Source: Bacteroidales bacterium (GTDB lineage Bacteria > Bacteroidota > Bacteroidia > Bacteroidales > DTU049). Taken from it: a stretch of DNA of 64,000 bases. The translations under genes were made by a program, and so were the position numbers. The stretch is from assembly GCA_012520175.1 (NCBI GenBank), contig JAAYOU010000029.1, forward strand, positions 8,867 through 72,866, in the 5' to 3' direction. The notes below the pieces were generated by a model. The model did no database searches. It was not told where the DNA came from and was given only the letters and a program-made list of their open reading frames with translations. Below, in pieces: positions 17,584-27,382 of this stretch; position 1 is the stretch's first letter; the number at the start of each line of letters is the position of its first letter.

Positions 17584-19561
17584 AACAAACATATTATTTT
17601 TCTTCTTATTTGGATTTTTTGCATTCACTTTCAATTGCTATGCACAAAAGGATTATAGCAATGTTGAGTATTTAAAAGAATCCTTAGCTTATAGTGATTT
17701 TTACGAATTTATCAAATACGATAAAAACATGCTCGAATGGCAGGATGTAAACGTAATTTCTCCTTTTTTTGAAAAATTAAAAAACGCTGACAAAGATAAA
17801 GTTGTTATTCTTCATATTGGCGACTCACATATTCAAAGCGACATTGGAGCAGGCACAACAAGAGCTTTGTTGCAAAAAATTTTTGGTGTTGGTGGTAGAG
17901 GAATTGTGTTTCCATATCAAATTGCAAAAACACATTCAGCATTTGACTATTATGCTAAATATTCAGGAACATGGATTGCTTCAAAAAATGTTGAACTAAA
18001 GCCAAAGCTAAATATTGGAATTAGCGGTATCACTTGTTTTACAAATGATTCCTCTGCAAACTTTCAATTAATTTTTAAAAACCGTTATTACTCAATTCAT
18101 CCAAGTTTTACCAAACTGCGCTTGTATTGCCATAAAGGAAAAGAAAGTTTTGATATAAAAATACGCTCTGACAAAACAAAAGAATGGATTGATGTAAATT
18201 GCAGTTCAAAAGACACTTTGCCCTACGTGGAAATCTTATTACCAATTTCTTTTGATACTTTGTTCGTGGAAATAAACAAAACTTCAGAAGAACAAAAATA
18301 TTTTGAACTTTATGGTATAGAAATTCAAGGAATAAAAAATTCAGGAATTCAGTATATAAGTGTTGGTATTAATGGTGCTGGATATAATAGTTTTTTCAAT
18401 CAAAATTTGATGAAAAATCAATTGAAATTTATTAATCCAGACATGGTTATTTTTGATCTTGGAATAAATGATTTTTACAGAGGTGCATTTAATTACCAAT
18501 ACGTGATGAGTAGCATAAACAAGGCTATTGCTCTTTTTAAAGAAACATGCCCTAACTCCGTTTTTGTTTTACCAAACGCACAAGACATTTATTATAGAGG
18601 CAGGAACATTACAAACTGCAAAAATTACAGCACACTTACCCGACTAATTGCCAAAGAACAAAACATTGTCCTGTATGATTATTTTAATATTTCAGGAGGA
18701 CCTCAATCAATGCTTCTTTGGTCGAAAAATGGACTTTCTCAACGAGATAAAGTTCATTTAAGCTACACTGGCTACAAAACAAAAGGAGAACTTTTTTGTA
18801 ACGCTATTTTAAACTCATACATAACATATTTATCCAAAAAACCTGATAGCTTATTGGTGTTGAACGACTGTATAGACACAACAAATTTCCACAATTGGAT
18901 AATAAACAAATCTACTTACTATAACCGAAAACAAATAGAAACATCTGACAAGATAAATAGTTATAAAGACAAACCAATTGTTGCCAGCAAACCAGCTTTA
19001 TCAAGCGATGGAAAATATTATATTGTTCGTTCTGGAGACAACTTGGGCGTTATAGCTAATAAATTTGGCGTTAGCGTATCCAATTTGCAAAACTGGAACA
19101 ATTTAAAATCAACCACTATTTATCCTGGGCAAAAACTTTTGGTGGGCAGCGGTTCAAGCGGAAGTGTAAGTGTTAGCGCCAATACAAAAACAGGAGTTAA
19201 AACAACAACTCAGCAAGGTGCAAAAAAAATCGTTTACACAATAAAAAAAGGCGACAATTTATTTGCTATTGCCAAAAATTTTAATGTTTCAATAGACAAT
19301 ATAAAACAATGGAACGGGCTCTCTTCCAACAATATTACTGCGGGTAAAAGTTTAGTTATTTATTCTTCTGTATCCGCTCCAAAAACTACAACTCAAACTA
19401 GCAGTTCATCAAAACCCAGAAATATATCTTATGTGGTAAAAAGCGGTGATTCTTTATGGTCAATAGCAAATAAATACGGAACAACCGTAGAGCGCATAAA
19501 AAAAGATAATAAATTAAATTCTGACAAACTGATTTTAGGACAAAAATTAATCATTAATTAA
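17573..19561 (+). CDS. secreted SGNH/GDSL-like protein with three C-terminal LysM domains
   Basis: 662 aa with a signal peptide. SGNH blocks: ILHIGDSHIQSD, FDLGINDFY and QRDKVHLSYTGY. LysM copies begin YYIVRSGDNLGVIANKFGVSVSNLQNWN, YTIKKGDNLFAIAKNFNVSIDNIKQWN and YVVKSGDSLWSIANKYGTTVERIKKDN, separated by Ser/Thr-rich linkers. Confidence 0.8.
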   Translation: MRNKTNILFFFLFGFFAFTFNCYAQKDYSNVEYLKESLAYSDFYEFIKYDKNMLEWQDVNVISPFFEKLKNADKDKVVILHIGDSHIQSDIGAGTTRALLQKIFGVGGRGIVFPYQIAKTHSAFDYYAKYSGTWIASKNVELKPKLNIGISGITCFTNDSSANFQLIFKNRYYSIHPSFTKLRLYCHKGKESFDIKIRSDKTKEWIDVNCSSKDTLPYVEILLPISFDTLFVEINKTSEEQKYFELYGIEIQGIKNSGIQYISVGINGAGYNSFFNQNLMKNQLKFINPDMVIFDLGINDFYRGAFNYQYVMSSINKAIALFKETCPNSVFVLPNAQDIYYRGRNITNCKNYSTLTRLIAKEQNIVLYDYFNISGGPQSMLLWSKNGLSQRDKVHLSYTGYKTKGELFCNAILNSYITYLSKKPDSLLVLNDCIDTTNFHNWIINKSTYYNRKQIETSDKINSYKDKPIVASKPALSSDGKYYIVRSGDNLGVIANKFGVSVSNLQNWNNLKSTTIYPGQKLLVGSGSSGSVSVSANTKTGVKTTTQQGAKKIVYTIKKGDNLFAIAKNFNVSIDNIKQWNGLSSNNITAGKSLVIYSSVSAPKTTTQTSSSSKPRNISYVVKSGDSLWSIANKYGTTVERIKKDNKLNSDKLILGQKLIIN

Positions 19562-19566
19562 TAAAC

Positions 19567-21057
19567 ATGAATTTTTCAATTTCTGAATTCATATCATCTT
19601 TAAGGTATTTACCAGACCAACCTTTGTTGTTTCAATCGGTAACTTTTTTTATACTTTTCGCATTCTTTTATTTACTGTATGCTTTATGCTTCAACAACAG
19701 AGCTATGCGCAATGGGGTTTTGCTCCTGTTCGGATTATATTTTTATTATAAAATCAGTGGTTTTTTTGTAGGCGTAATGGTTTTAATGGCTACAATAGAC
19801 TATTTTATTGGTATTGGCATTTATAAAAGCAAAAATCCGGCAAGTAAAAAATTTCTTTTAGTTTTATCTGTTTTAATAAATGTTGGAGCTCTTTTTTACT
19901 TTAAATACACCAATTTTTTAATTGAAACATGGACAGGAATTTTCCACCCGGGCACAGAGCCATTAGTTTTAAAAATTGTTCAACCGCTCGGAATTTCTTA
20001 TTATGTTTTTAAATCTTTAACATACATCTTTGATATACACAGAGAAGTAATAGAATATCCTGAGAAAAATTGGTTTAGATACGTTTTGTATGTCTCTTTC
20101 TTCCCAAATATTTTAGCAGGACCTATCTCAAAAGCAAGAGATTTATTGCCTCAATTTGTCCAAAAACCAATCATTGACAAAGAGACACTTAGCAAAGGCT
20201 TTTTCTTAATAATGCTTGGGCTTATAAAAAAAGTAGTTTTTGCCGATTATTTAGGTTCAAACCTTGTTGATAGAGTTTTTGAAAGCCCACAATATTTCAC
20301 AGGTATAGACGCACTCATGGCTGCTTACGGTGGTTTGATTCAATTATACTTTGACTTTGCAGGATATACTGACATGATGGTAGGCTTTGCTCTTTTGCTT
20401 GGATATACTATCCAGCACAACTTCAACAAACCATTCCTAGCAGGCAATATAACAGCGTTTTGGAGAAGATGGCACATTACACTTTACAGTTGGCTAAATG
20501 AATATTTATATCAACCAATGGCTTTTGCATGGCGACGAGGCGGAAAAATAATGATATTGCTTGCTGTTTTTATTACATTTTTTGTCTCCGGATTATGGCA
20601 TGGAGCTTCACTTACGTTTGTGGTTTGGGGTTTGCTGCACGGCGCTGCAATTTCGTGGGACGTAGTCAGCCAAAAAGGAAGAGATAATGTTAAAAAATGG
20701 ATGCCAAAAGCAATATACAGCTTTTTAAGTATTTTTATAACCTTCCATTTTTTGGTATTTTCAGCAGTTTTGATAAATGTGCCCAACTTAAGTGAAGCAT
20801 CTAATTTTTACAATCTTATCTTGCAAACAGATCTTTCATTGTTTCCAAAGTGGCTCGACATCTATTTTTATCCGTTTTTAATAATGGTTATTGGGCTGTT
20901 TTTGCAGTATTTGCCAATAAAATTTTACACGGGAATTTTTAACAGCTATTCAAAACTGCACTGGACGTTAAAAGCTATTGTTTTTTCATTGCTAGTTATT
21001 GTGCTTTATCAGCTATATAGCTCAGACGCGATGCCTTTTATTTATATACAGTTCTAA
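19567..21057 (+). CDS. MBOAT family membrane O-acyltransferase (DltB/AlgI/PatA-like)
   Basis: 496 aa and multi-pass. MBOAT histidine motifs present: FWRRWHITLYSWLNEYLY and SGLWHGAS. Confidence 0.85.
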   Translation: MNFSISEFISSLRYLPDQPLLFQSVTFFILFAFFYLLYALCFNNRAMRNGVLLLFGLYFYYKISGFFVGVMVLMATIDYFIGIGIYKSKNPASKKFLLVLSVLINVGALFYFKYTNFLIETWTGIFHPGTEPLVLKIVQPLGISYYVFKSLTYIFDIHREVIEYPEKNWFRYVLYVSFFPNILAGPISKARDLLPQFVQKPIIDKETLSKGFFLIMLGLIKKVVFADYLGSNLVDRVFESPQYFTGIDALMAAYGGLIQLYFDFAGYTDMMVGFALLLGYTIQHNFNKPFLAGNITAFWRRWHITLYSWLNEYLYQPMAFAWRRGGKIMILLAVFITFFVSGLWHGASLTFVVWGLLHGAAISWDVVSQKGRDNVKKWMPKAIYSFLSIFITFHFLVFSAVLINVPNLSEASNFYNLILQTDLSLFPKWLDIYFYPFLIMVIGLFLQYLPIKFYTGIFNSYSKLHWTLKAIVFSLLVIVLYQLYSSDAMPFIYIQF

Positions 21058-21062
21058 TAAAA

Positions 21063-22904
21063 TTACTCAACAGTAACAGATTTTGCTAAGTTTCTTGGCT
21101 GGTCAACATTACAACCACGCAATATTGCAATATGATAAGCCAAAAGTTGCAATGGAATTGTAGCTAAGATTGGAACTAAAAACTCCTCTGTTTCTGGAAT
21201 TTCTATTGAATAATCGCTCATTTCTTTCACTGTGGTATCGCCAGCAGTAACGATTGAAATAATGCTACCATTTCTTGCTTTTACCTCTTGGATATTTGAA
21301 ACAATTTTTTCATATGTTCCTTTGTTTGTTGCAATTACAACCACAGGCATCTGTTCATCAATTAATGCTATTGGACCATGCTTCATTTCTGCTGCTGGAT
21401 AGCCTTCTGCATGAATATAGCTTATTTCTTTTAGTTTTAAAGCACCTTCCATTGCTACAGGATAATTATATCCACGGCCTAAATAAAGGAAGTTGCGAGC
21501 ATCTTTAAAATTTTGAGCAATTTTTTCTACAATACCTTCTACATTTTTCAATGTCGTTTTTACTTTTTCAGGAATTGAGTGAAACTCCTCTATATATTTT
21601 ATGTATTTCTCTTCATCAATAATATTTCGTTTTCTTCCAAGCATTAATGCTATCATAGTTAAAATTGTAACCTGAGCCGTAAATGCTTTTGTAGAAGCCA
21701 CTCCTATTTCCGGACCAGCATGGGTATAACTTCCTGCATGTGTTGCTCTTGCTATTGAAGATCCAACAACATTACAAATGCCAAAAATTGTAGCACCTTT
21801 AGATTTTGCGAGATTAACCGCTGCCAAAGTATCAGCTGTTTCTCCAGACTGGCTTATTGCAAAAACAATATCATCTTTATTGATTATAGGATTTCTATAC
21901 CTAAATTCTGAAGCGTATTCAACCTCAACACTAATTCTAGCTAAATCTTCAAATAAATATTCTCCCACCAAACCCGCATGCCAAGAGGTTCCACACGCAA
22001 CAATAATAATTCTTTTTGCCTCACATAGCTTATCAATATATCTCTCTATGCCTCCAACCAAAATTTCTTTTTTTGATATCGACAATCTTCCCCTCATGCT
22101 ATCTCGAATAGAATTAGGCTGCTCATTAATTTCTTTAAGCATAAAATGAGGATAGCCACCTTTTTCAATTGCTTCAATATTCAATTCTAACTTCTGAATA
22201 TAAGGTGTTTTATCAATGTTTTTTATTGTTTTTATCCTAACATCTTTTCCTCTTTCAATAATCGCCATTTCTTCGTCTTCCAAATAGATTACATCTTTTG
22301 TGTATTCTACAATAGGCGTAGCATCTGAAGCAACAAAAAACTCATCTTTTCCAATACCAATTACCATTGGACTCGCCTTTTTTGCAATAATTAGCATATC
22401 TGGATTTTCTTCGGAGATAACCACGATAGCATAAGCTCCAACAACTTGATTTAAAGATATTCTAACAGCTTCTTCCAAGCTTGTTTTTTCATTTTTTTGA
22501 ATATCTTCAATTAATAGAATTAAAACTTCAGTGTCTGTATTGCTTTTAAACTCATATCCTCTGTTTATAAGTTCAGCTTTTAATACTGCATAGTTTTCAA
22601 TAATTCCGTTATGAATTATTGCATGTTTTCCTGATTGCGACAAATGAGGATGTGCATTAATATCATTTGGCTCTCCGTGAGTAGCCCAGCGCGTATGGCC
22701 AATTCCCATCGTACCTTTAATGTTTTTGTCTGCAACAAGATTTTCAAGGTCATTAACCTTGCCATGACTTTTATAAACCCTTAAGTCTCCATTTAAAATG
22801 GCAATTCCAGCACTATCATATCCACGATATTCGAGCCTTTTAAGTCCGTTTATAATTATCGGGTAAGCTTCATTATTACCCAAGTAACCAACTATTCCAC
22901 ACAT
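21063..22904 (-). CDS. glmS: glutamine--fructose-6-phosphate aminotransferase
   Basis: 613 aa. It has the N-terminal nucleophile MCGIVGY, two SIS domains, and ends in the canonical ...NLAKSVTVE. Confidence 0.95.
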   Translation of the reverse strand: MCGIVGYLGNNEAYPIIINGLKRLEYRGYDSAGIAILNGDLRVYKSHGKVNDLENLVADKNIKGTMGIGHTRWATHGEPNDINAHPHLSQSGKHAIIHNGIIENYAVLKAELINRGYEFKSNTDTEVLILLIEDIQKNEKTSLEEAVRISLNQVVGAYAIVVISEENPDMLIIAKKASPMVIGIGKDEFFVASDATPIVEYTKDVIYLEDEEMAIIERGKDVRIKTIKNIDKTPYIQKLELNIEAIEKGGYPHFMLKEINEQPNSIRDSMRGRLSISKKEILVGGIERYIDKLCEAKRIIIVACGTSWHAGLVGEYLFEDLARISVEVEYASEFRYRNPIINKDDIVFAISQSGETADTLAAVNLAKSKGATIFGICNVVGSSIARATHAGSYTHAGPEIGVASTKAFTAQVTILTMIALMLGRKRNIIDEEKYIKYIEEFHSIPEKVKTTLKNVEGIVEKIAQNFKDARNFLYLGRGYNYPVAMEGALKLKEISYIHAEGYPAAEMKHGPIALIDEQMPVVVIATNKGTYEKIVSNIQEVKARNGSIISIVTAGDTTVKEMSDYSIEIPETEEFLVPILATIPLQLLAYHIAILRGCNVDQPRNLAKSVTVE

Positions 22905-22916
22905 AGCAAATATTTT

Positions 22917-24227
22917 TTATTTTTGAATAGGGGTGTATGTTATTTCTAGACGCATTGGGTTTGTGCTTTTTGGGCCATTTAAAACGACTCGATTTGCATA
23001 AACCGAAGAGCCACTTACCAACAAAACAAATCCAAAAGGTGTTTCACCCCCAGTAATTATTTTTTGAATCTGCTTTGTCATTATAAAACGATAAGCGTTC
23101 TTTCCTTTGTCAAACTTGCCAAAAGGATCGCTGCTAGCGTCTAATAATGTAAAATATTTTCCTGCTTCATTCATTTTTACTAAACCCAATGCAGCTGGGC
23201 GAGGATATTCTTCTTCATTAACAGAAGCATCTACGGGCAAAATTAATTCTGCTCTGTTTATTACTATTGAAAAATCCTTATTTAATAATTTTATGCTTGG
23301 AAGTTTAAATACTACTTCTGTTCCAGCAAGCGGTTGTAAAAACAATTTTTGTTGTCCAAGCAATGTATCACCGTTTAATTGTCCTAACAAATCGGCAGAA
23401 GCTCCTGCATAAGCAAAATGCTCAAAATTGCAGTAACGAGCTGATTTTGTAGAAATATTTAGTCTGTATTTTGAAGTATCTAAGTCATTATGGTAGTATA
23501 TTGTCAGCCCAGAATATTGCGAAACAATGTTTAACACTGATATTGAGCCATTTGCTCCCGAAACAGGCAGAACGCAAATGCCATGAAAAAACTGCTGGAA
23601 AACATTATCAGATGCTAAGTGTCCTGCTAAATTAGCATCAATTATTCTTTGTCCAAAACTTTTGTCAAGAGGAATTCTTAATTGAGGTCCAAGTTTTTTC
23701 CCTTCAACAATAACGCTGTCTTTCGCATTAGGCGTATAAGTGTAAGTTCCCAATAACTCTCCTGCATTTATCGGCGAAAAAGAATAATAATTACTATCTA
23801 TTTTAATATTGTTTTGCAAATCCCTTACCTCCACCGTTACAGGATTATTTTGGGCTACATTTCCATAAATAGAATGATACTGTAAATGCAAAATCACGGA
23901 ATCAATTACAGGATTTGTACCAAAATCAACATTTGTGCTAGATAAAAGCAGTTGAGTGCAAAAGGAGGCTTTTAATTCTCCAAAAATTGGGTCAGTATAA
24001 TGTCCAAGAAGACTTAAGCTCGTTTCATCAGTTCTAAGGCTATCTACTTTTCTTGTATATGCATTAATAAGAATAGTGTCTGTTTTAACAACATTCAATT
24101 CATCTCCCGGTGGCTGCACATCAAGTCCAAAATCATTTTCAGGAGTACACGATACCAAAACAATAACGCAAGAAATGATACTTACAAATGCTGTTATTGT
24201 ATTTTTTATTATTTTTTTATAATTCAC
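22917..24227 (-). CDS. lipoprotein of unknown function (possibly DUF4270 family)
   Basis: 436 aa with a lipobox (VLVSCTP). It lies 12 nt upstream of glmS. The DUF4270 assignment rests only on my recollection of this conserved neighbourhood. Confidence 0.4.
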   Translation of the reverse strand: MNYKKIIKNTITAFVSIISCVIVLVSCTPENDFGLDVQPPGDELNVVKTDTILINAYTRKVDSLRTDETSLSLLGHYTDPIFGELKASFCTQLLLSSTNVDFGTNPVIDSVILHLQYHSIYGNVAQNNPVTVEVRDLQNNIKIDSNYYSFSPINAGELLGTYTYTPNAKDSVIVEGKKLGPQLRIPLDKSFGQRIIDANLAGHLASDNVFQQFFHGICVLPVSGANGSISVLNIVSQYSGLTIYYHNDLDTSKYRLNISTKSARYCNFEHFAYAGASADLLGQLNGDTLLGQQKLFLQPLAGTEVVFKLPSIKLLNKDFSIVINRAELILPVDASVNEEEYPRPAALGLVKMNEAGKYFTLLDASSDPFGKFDKGKNAYRFIMTKQIQKIITGGETPFGFVLLVSGSSVYANRVVLNGPKSTNPMRLEITYTPIQK

Positions 24228-24281
24228 TTTTGTTTATTAAAATATTTGCAAAATTAGCAAAATAACTTTAATTATTTGTTT

Positions 24282-25547
24282 TTATTGTGCTTCGTCCAAT
24301 TCTTCTTTATTATTTAACTCTTCTTCTGTCTTGTTTTGCTCATCTGAAGCCAAAACAACCGGCTCTTGCCCGCCCTCTACTATATCCATTTTTTTATTAA
24401 CCATTAAACCTATCATCATCACAAACGAAGAAAGAATAACAATTTGAGTTACCAAAGGCTTGTTTACAGTAGGAACAACTTCTTCCGGAACAATGGACAA
24501 AAAAAGCAAAATTGTAATCAATCCTCGAGGAGCGATGTAATACAAAGTTTTTTCCTTTACCTTGAAAAACTTTAAAAAAATAAATCTTATAATGAAAATA
24601 GCAAAAGTAATTCCAATAGCCCAAGGAAGTGCTGATAAATTTAACAATTCGCTTGTTTCAATTAAAAAACCAAACAACAAGAAAAACAAAGTGCGAACCA
24701 AAAACGTTGTTTCTGCCACAATTTCACTAAACCTAACAAATTCCTTTTTTAAAGATTCTACGTGAAAAGCTTGTGCCCATTTTGTTTTATGTAATAAATT
24801 CAAATTTCCTAAAAACATTCCAAAAAGCAAAATAAAAATTAGCCCTGGCAAATGGAAATACTTTGTAATTGCATAAAAAAGCACCAACAAAATTATTATT
24901 GGAATAAATTTTACCGAATGATTTATTTTATTCAACAATACTGAAAGTCCTATTATACCTGCAAAAGAAATAAATAACGTAAGTAAAATTTGTAAAAAGA
25001 AATTTCCAAACGTTGCCCAACCAAAAACCTCATTTAACGAAATGAAATTAAAAGCTATCACGCCAATAATATCAGAAATACTCGTTTCATAAGTAACAAA
25101 CTCCCTGTCTTTTTTAGATAAAGCGTGCACACTTGGAATTGCTATTGCGCTACTAATAATACATAGCGGCAAAGCATTTGTTAAAGCTATTTTAAATGGC
25201 ACATCATCAACATATTGTATAATATAAGCTAATACTACTCCTAGCACAGCCATTGGCAATATTGCCATTAACACAGATTTAATTATTAATGTTTTTTTAG
25301 ACTTCTTTAGTTCCAATTCCATTGAGCCTTCTAACACTATCAAAATCAATCCAATAGTTCCAACAATAGGCAAAATCTCGCTCAAATCGGGAACATTTAT
25401 ACCTAAATAATAGGAAATTTGCCTCACTCCCCAGCCAACTAAAAGTAATAAAATTACAGAAGGTATTCTTGTTTTCTTAGACGTTAAATCAAAAAAATAA
25501 GAAAGCAACACTAATACACAAAGAGTAATTATTATACTTATTGTCAT
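24282..25547 (-). CDS. cation:proton antiporter (Na+/H+ exchanger family)
   Basis: 421 aa with about 11-12 hydrophobic helices. The N-terminus (FFDLTSKKTRIPSVILLLLVGWG) is typical of CPA-type exchangers, and the tail is acidic. Confidence 0.65.
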   Translation of the reverse strand: MTISIIITLCVLVLLSYFFDLTSKKTRIPSVILLLLVGWGVRQISYYLGINVPDLSEILPIVGTIGLILIVLEGSMELELKKSKKTLIIKSVLMAILPMAVLGVVLAYIIQYVDDVPFKIALTNALPLCIISSAIAIPSVHALSKKDREFVTYETSISDIIGVIAFNFISLNEVFGWATFGNFFLQILLTLFISFAGIIGLSVLLNKINHSVKFIPIIILLVLFYAITKYFHLPGLIFILLFGMFLGNLNLLHKTKWAQAFHVESLKKEFVRFSEIVAETTFLVRTLFFLLFGFLIETSELLNLSALPWAIGITFAIFIIRFIFLKFFKVKEKTLYYIAPRGLITILLFLSIVPEEVVPTVNKPLVTQIVILSSFVMMIGLMVNKKMDIVEGGQEPVVLASDEQNKTEEELNNKEELDEAQ

Positions 25548-25640
25548 TTTTTAAAAATTTTTACCATTCAAAAATAATGTTTTTTTTACAAAAGAATAAA
25601 TTGTTTGCTTTAATACTATTTTTAATCAATTATTAATTAT

Positions 25641-25648
25641 TAATTTTG
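25641..25648 (+). promoter_or_regulatory. candidate -7 box TAatTTTG upstream of glyQS
   Basis: taattttg lies 31 nt upstream of the ATG at 25679. Confidence 0.3.
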
Positions 25649-25678
25649 CATGGATTTAAAACATTATAAACAAAAACG

Positions 25679-27208
25679 ATGAGTGAAGATCTTTTTAGAA
25701 AAATAATTTCCCATGCCAAAGAATATGGCTTTGTGTTTCCTTCTTCTGAAATATATGACGGACTAAGCGCTGTTTACGACTATGGACAATATGGCTCTGA
25801 GCTAAAAAACAACATCAGAAACTATTGGTGGAAAAGCATGGTGCAAAAACACAGCAATATTGTTGGCATAGACGCATCTATCTTTATGCATCCTACCACG
25901 TGGAAAGCATCTGGACATATAGATGCATTCAACGACCCGCTAATAGACAATAAAGACAGCAAAAAACGCTATCGTGCTGATGTTTTAATCGAAGATTATG
26001 CTGAAAAACAACACGAAAAAGCTGAAAAAGAAGTTGAAAAAGCAAGAAAAAGATTTGGAGAAAGTTTTGATGAAACCTTGTTCAGAAACACAAATCCAAG
26101 AGTAATTGAATACAGAAAAAAAGGAGAAGATGCTGTTAAAAAAATGGCTCAGTCTCTTGAAAACAACAATCTTGACGAAATAAAACAACTAATAATAGAC
26201 CTTGAAATTGCTTGCCCCATCAGCGGTACACGCAATTGGACCGATGTTCGCCAATTTAACCTAATGTTTAAAACAAACATGGGCTCTGTAACTGACGATT
26301 CCGATTCCATTTATTTACGTCCAGAAACAGCACAAGGAATTTTTGTAAACTTCATGAATGTTTATAAAACGGGTCGTATGAAAATTCCTTTTGGTATAGC
26401 ACAAACAGGAAAAGCTTTTAGAAACGAGATTGTTGCTCGCCAATTCATTTTCAGAATGCGCGAATTTGAGCAAATGGAAATGCAATTCTTTGTAAAACCC
26501 GGCGAAGAAATGAAATGGTATGAATATTGGCGAGAAGAGCGAATGAAATGGCATTTGGAAATGGGCATTCCAAAAACAAAATATCGTTGGCACAAACACG
26601 AAAAACTTGCCCACTATGCAAATGCCGCAGCCGACATCGAATTCGACTTCCCATTTGGATTTAAAGAACTTGAAGGAATACACAGCAGAACAGATTTTGA
26701 CTTGAATGCTCATCAAAAATTTAGTGGAAAAAAACTTCAATATTTTGATTCCGAAACAAACGAAAGTTACGTGCCATACGTGATTGAAACTTCTATTGGC
26801 TTAGATAGAACCTTCCTATGCGTTTTAAGCCATGCCTACGAAGAGCAACAACTCGAAGATGGCTCTGTAAGAACAGTTTTACACATACCTGACTTTTTAG
26901 CTCCAATAAAAGCTGCGGTTTTACCTCTTGTAAAAAAAGACGGAATGCCAGAAATAGCAGAAAAAATAGCTGACGAACTCAGAGAAGATTATATGGTTCA
27001 ATACGATGAAAAAGATGCTATTGGAAGACGCTATCGCAGGCAAGATGCTATCGGCACACCATTTTGCATCACAGTTGATAATGAGACATTAGAAAACCAA
27101 ACTGTTACAATTCGAGAGCGAGATAGTATGCAACAAACAAGAATTTCATACGACTCAATAAGCTCATTTTTAAAAGACAAATTAAAACCTCAAAAACATG
27201 AAGACTGA
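25679..27208 (+). CDS. glyQS: glycine--tRNA ligase (homodimeric class II)
   Basis: 509 aa. The N-terminus [29 protein letters not shown], the class II motifs (FRNEI...R.REF.Q.E.QFF) and the anticodon-binding C-terminus are all GlyRS-like. Confidence 0.95.
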   Translation: MSEDLFRKIISHAKEYGFVFPSSEIYDGLSAVYDYGQYGSELKNNIRNYWWKSMVQKHSNIVGIDASIFMHPTTWKASGHIDAFNDPLIDNKDSKKRYRADVLIEDYAEKQHEKAEKEVEKARKRFGESFDETLFRNTNPRVIEYRKKGEDAVKKMAQSLENNNLDEIKQLIIDLEIACPISGTRNWTDVRQFNLMFKTNMGSVTDDSDSIYLRPETAQGIFVNFMNVYKTGRMKIPFGIAQTGKAFRNEIVARQFIFRMREFEQMEMQFFVKPGEEMKWYEYWREERMKWHLEMGIPKTKYRWHKHEKLAHYANAAADIEFDFPFGFKELEGIHSRTDFDLNAHQKFSGKKLQYFDSETNESYVPYVIETSIGLDRTFLCVLSHAYEEQQLEDGSVRTVLHIPDFLAPIKAAVLPLVKKDGMPEIAEKIADELREDYMVQYDEKDAIGRRYRRQDAIGTPFCITVDNETLENQTVTIRERDSMQQTRISYDSISSFLKDKLKPQKHED

Positions 27209-27377
27209 AGAAAAAATTATTGACGCTATGAAAAAAGCTGGCAAAGCTCTTTCTGCTGGCGAAATTGCTGAACTCACGCAAATTGACAGAAAAGAAGTGG
27301 ATAAAGCAATGAAAATTTTAAAAGAAAGCGAAAAAATCGAATCCCCTAAAAGATGCTATTGGCAACCTAAAAAATAG
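27198..27377 (+). CDS. small (59 aa) winged-helix-like protein
   Basis: Falls below the ORF-track cutoff. ATG 27198 to TAG 27375-27377 reads [59 protein letters not shown]. The start overlaps the last 11 nt of glyQS, and the stop lies 5 nt before the next gene's ATG. Confidence 0.45.
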   Translation: MKTEEKIIDAMKKAGKALSAGEIAELTQIDRKEVDKAMKILKESEKIESPKRCYWQPKK

Positions 27378-27382
27378 ATTTG

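Noticed and set aside
22905-22916. glmS ribozyme or other leader upstream of glmS
   Set aside because: Only 12 nt separate glmS from the upstream lipoprotein gene, which leaves no room for a ribozyme. The two genes look co-transcribed.
26315-26740. Minus-strand ORFs (141, 77 and 67 aa) inside glyQS, and similar antisense ORFs inside glmS, the S41 peptidase gene, the operon genes and the glycan genes
   Set aside because: They are antisense to well-supported conserved genes, and their peptides have no recognisable features.
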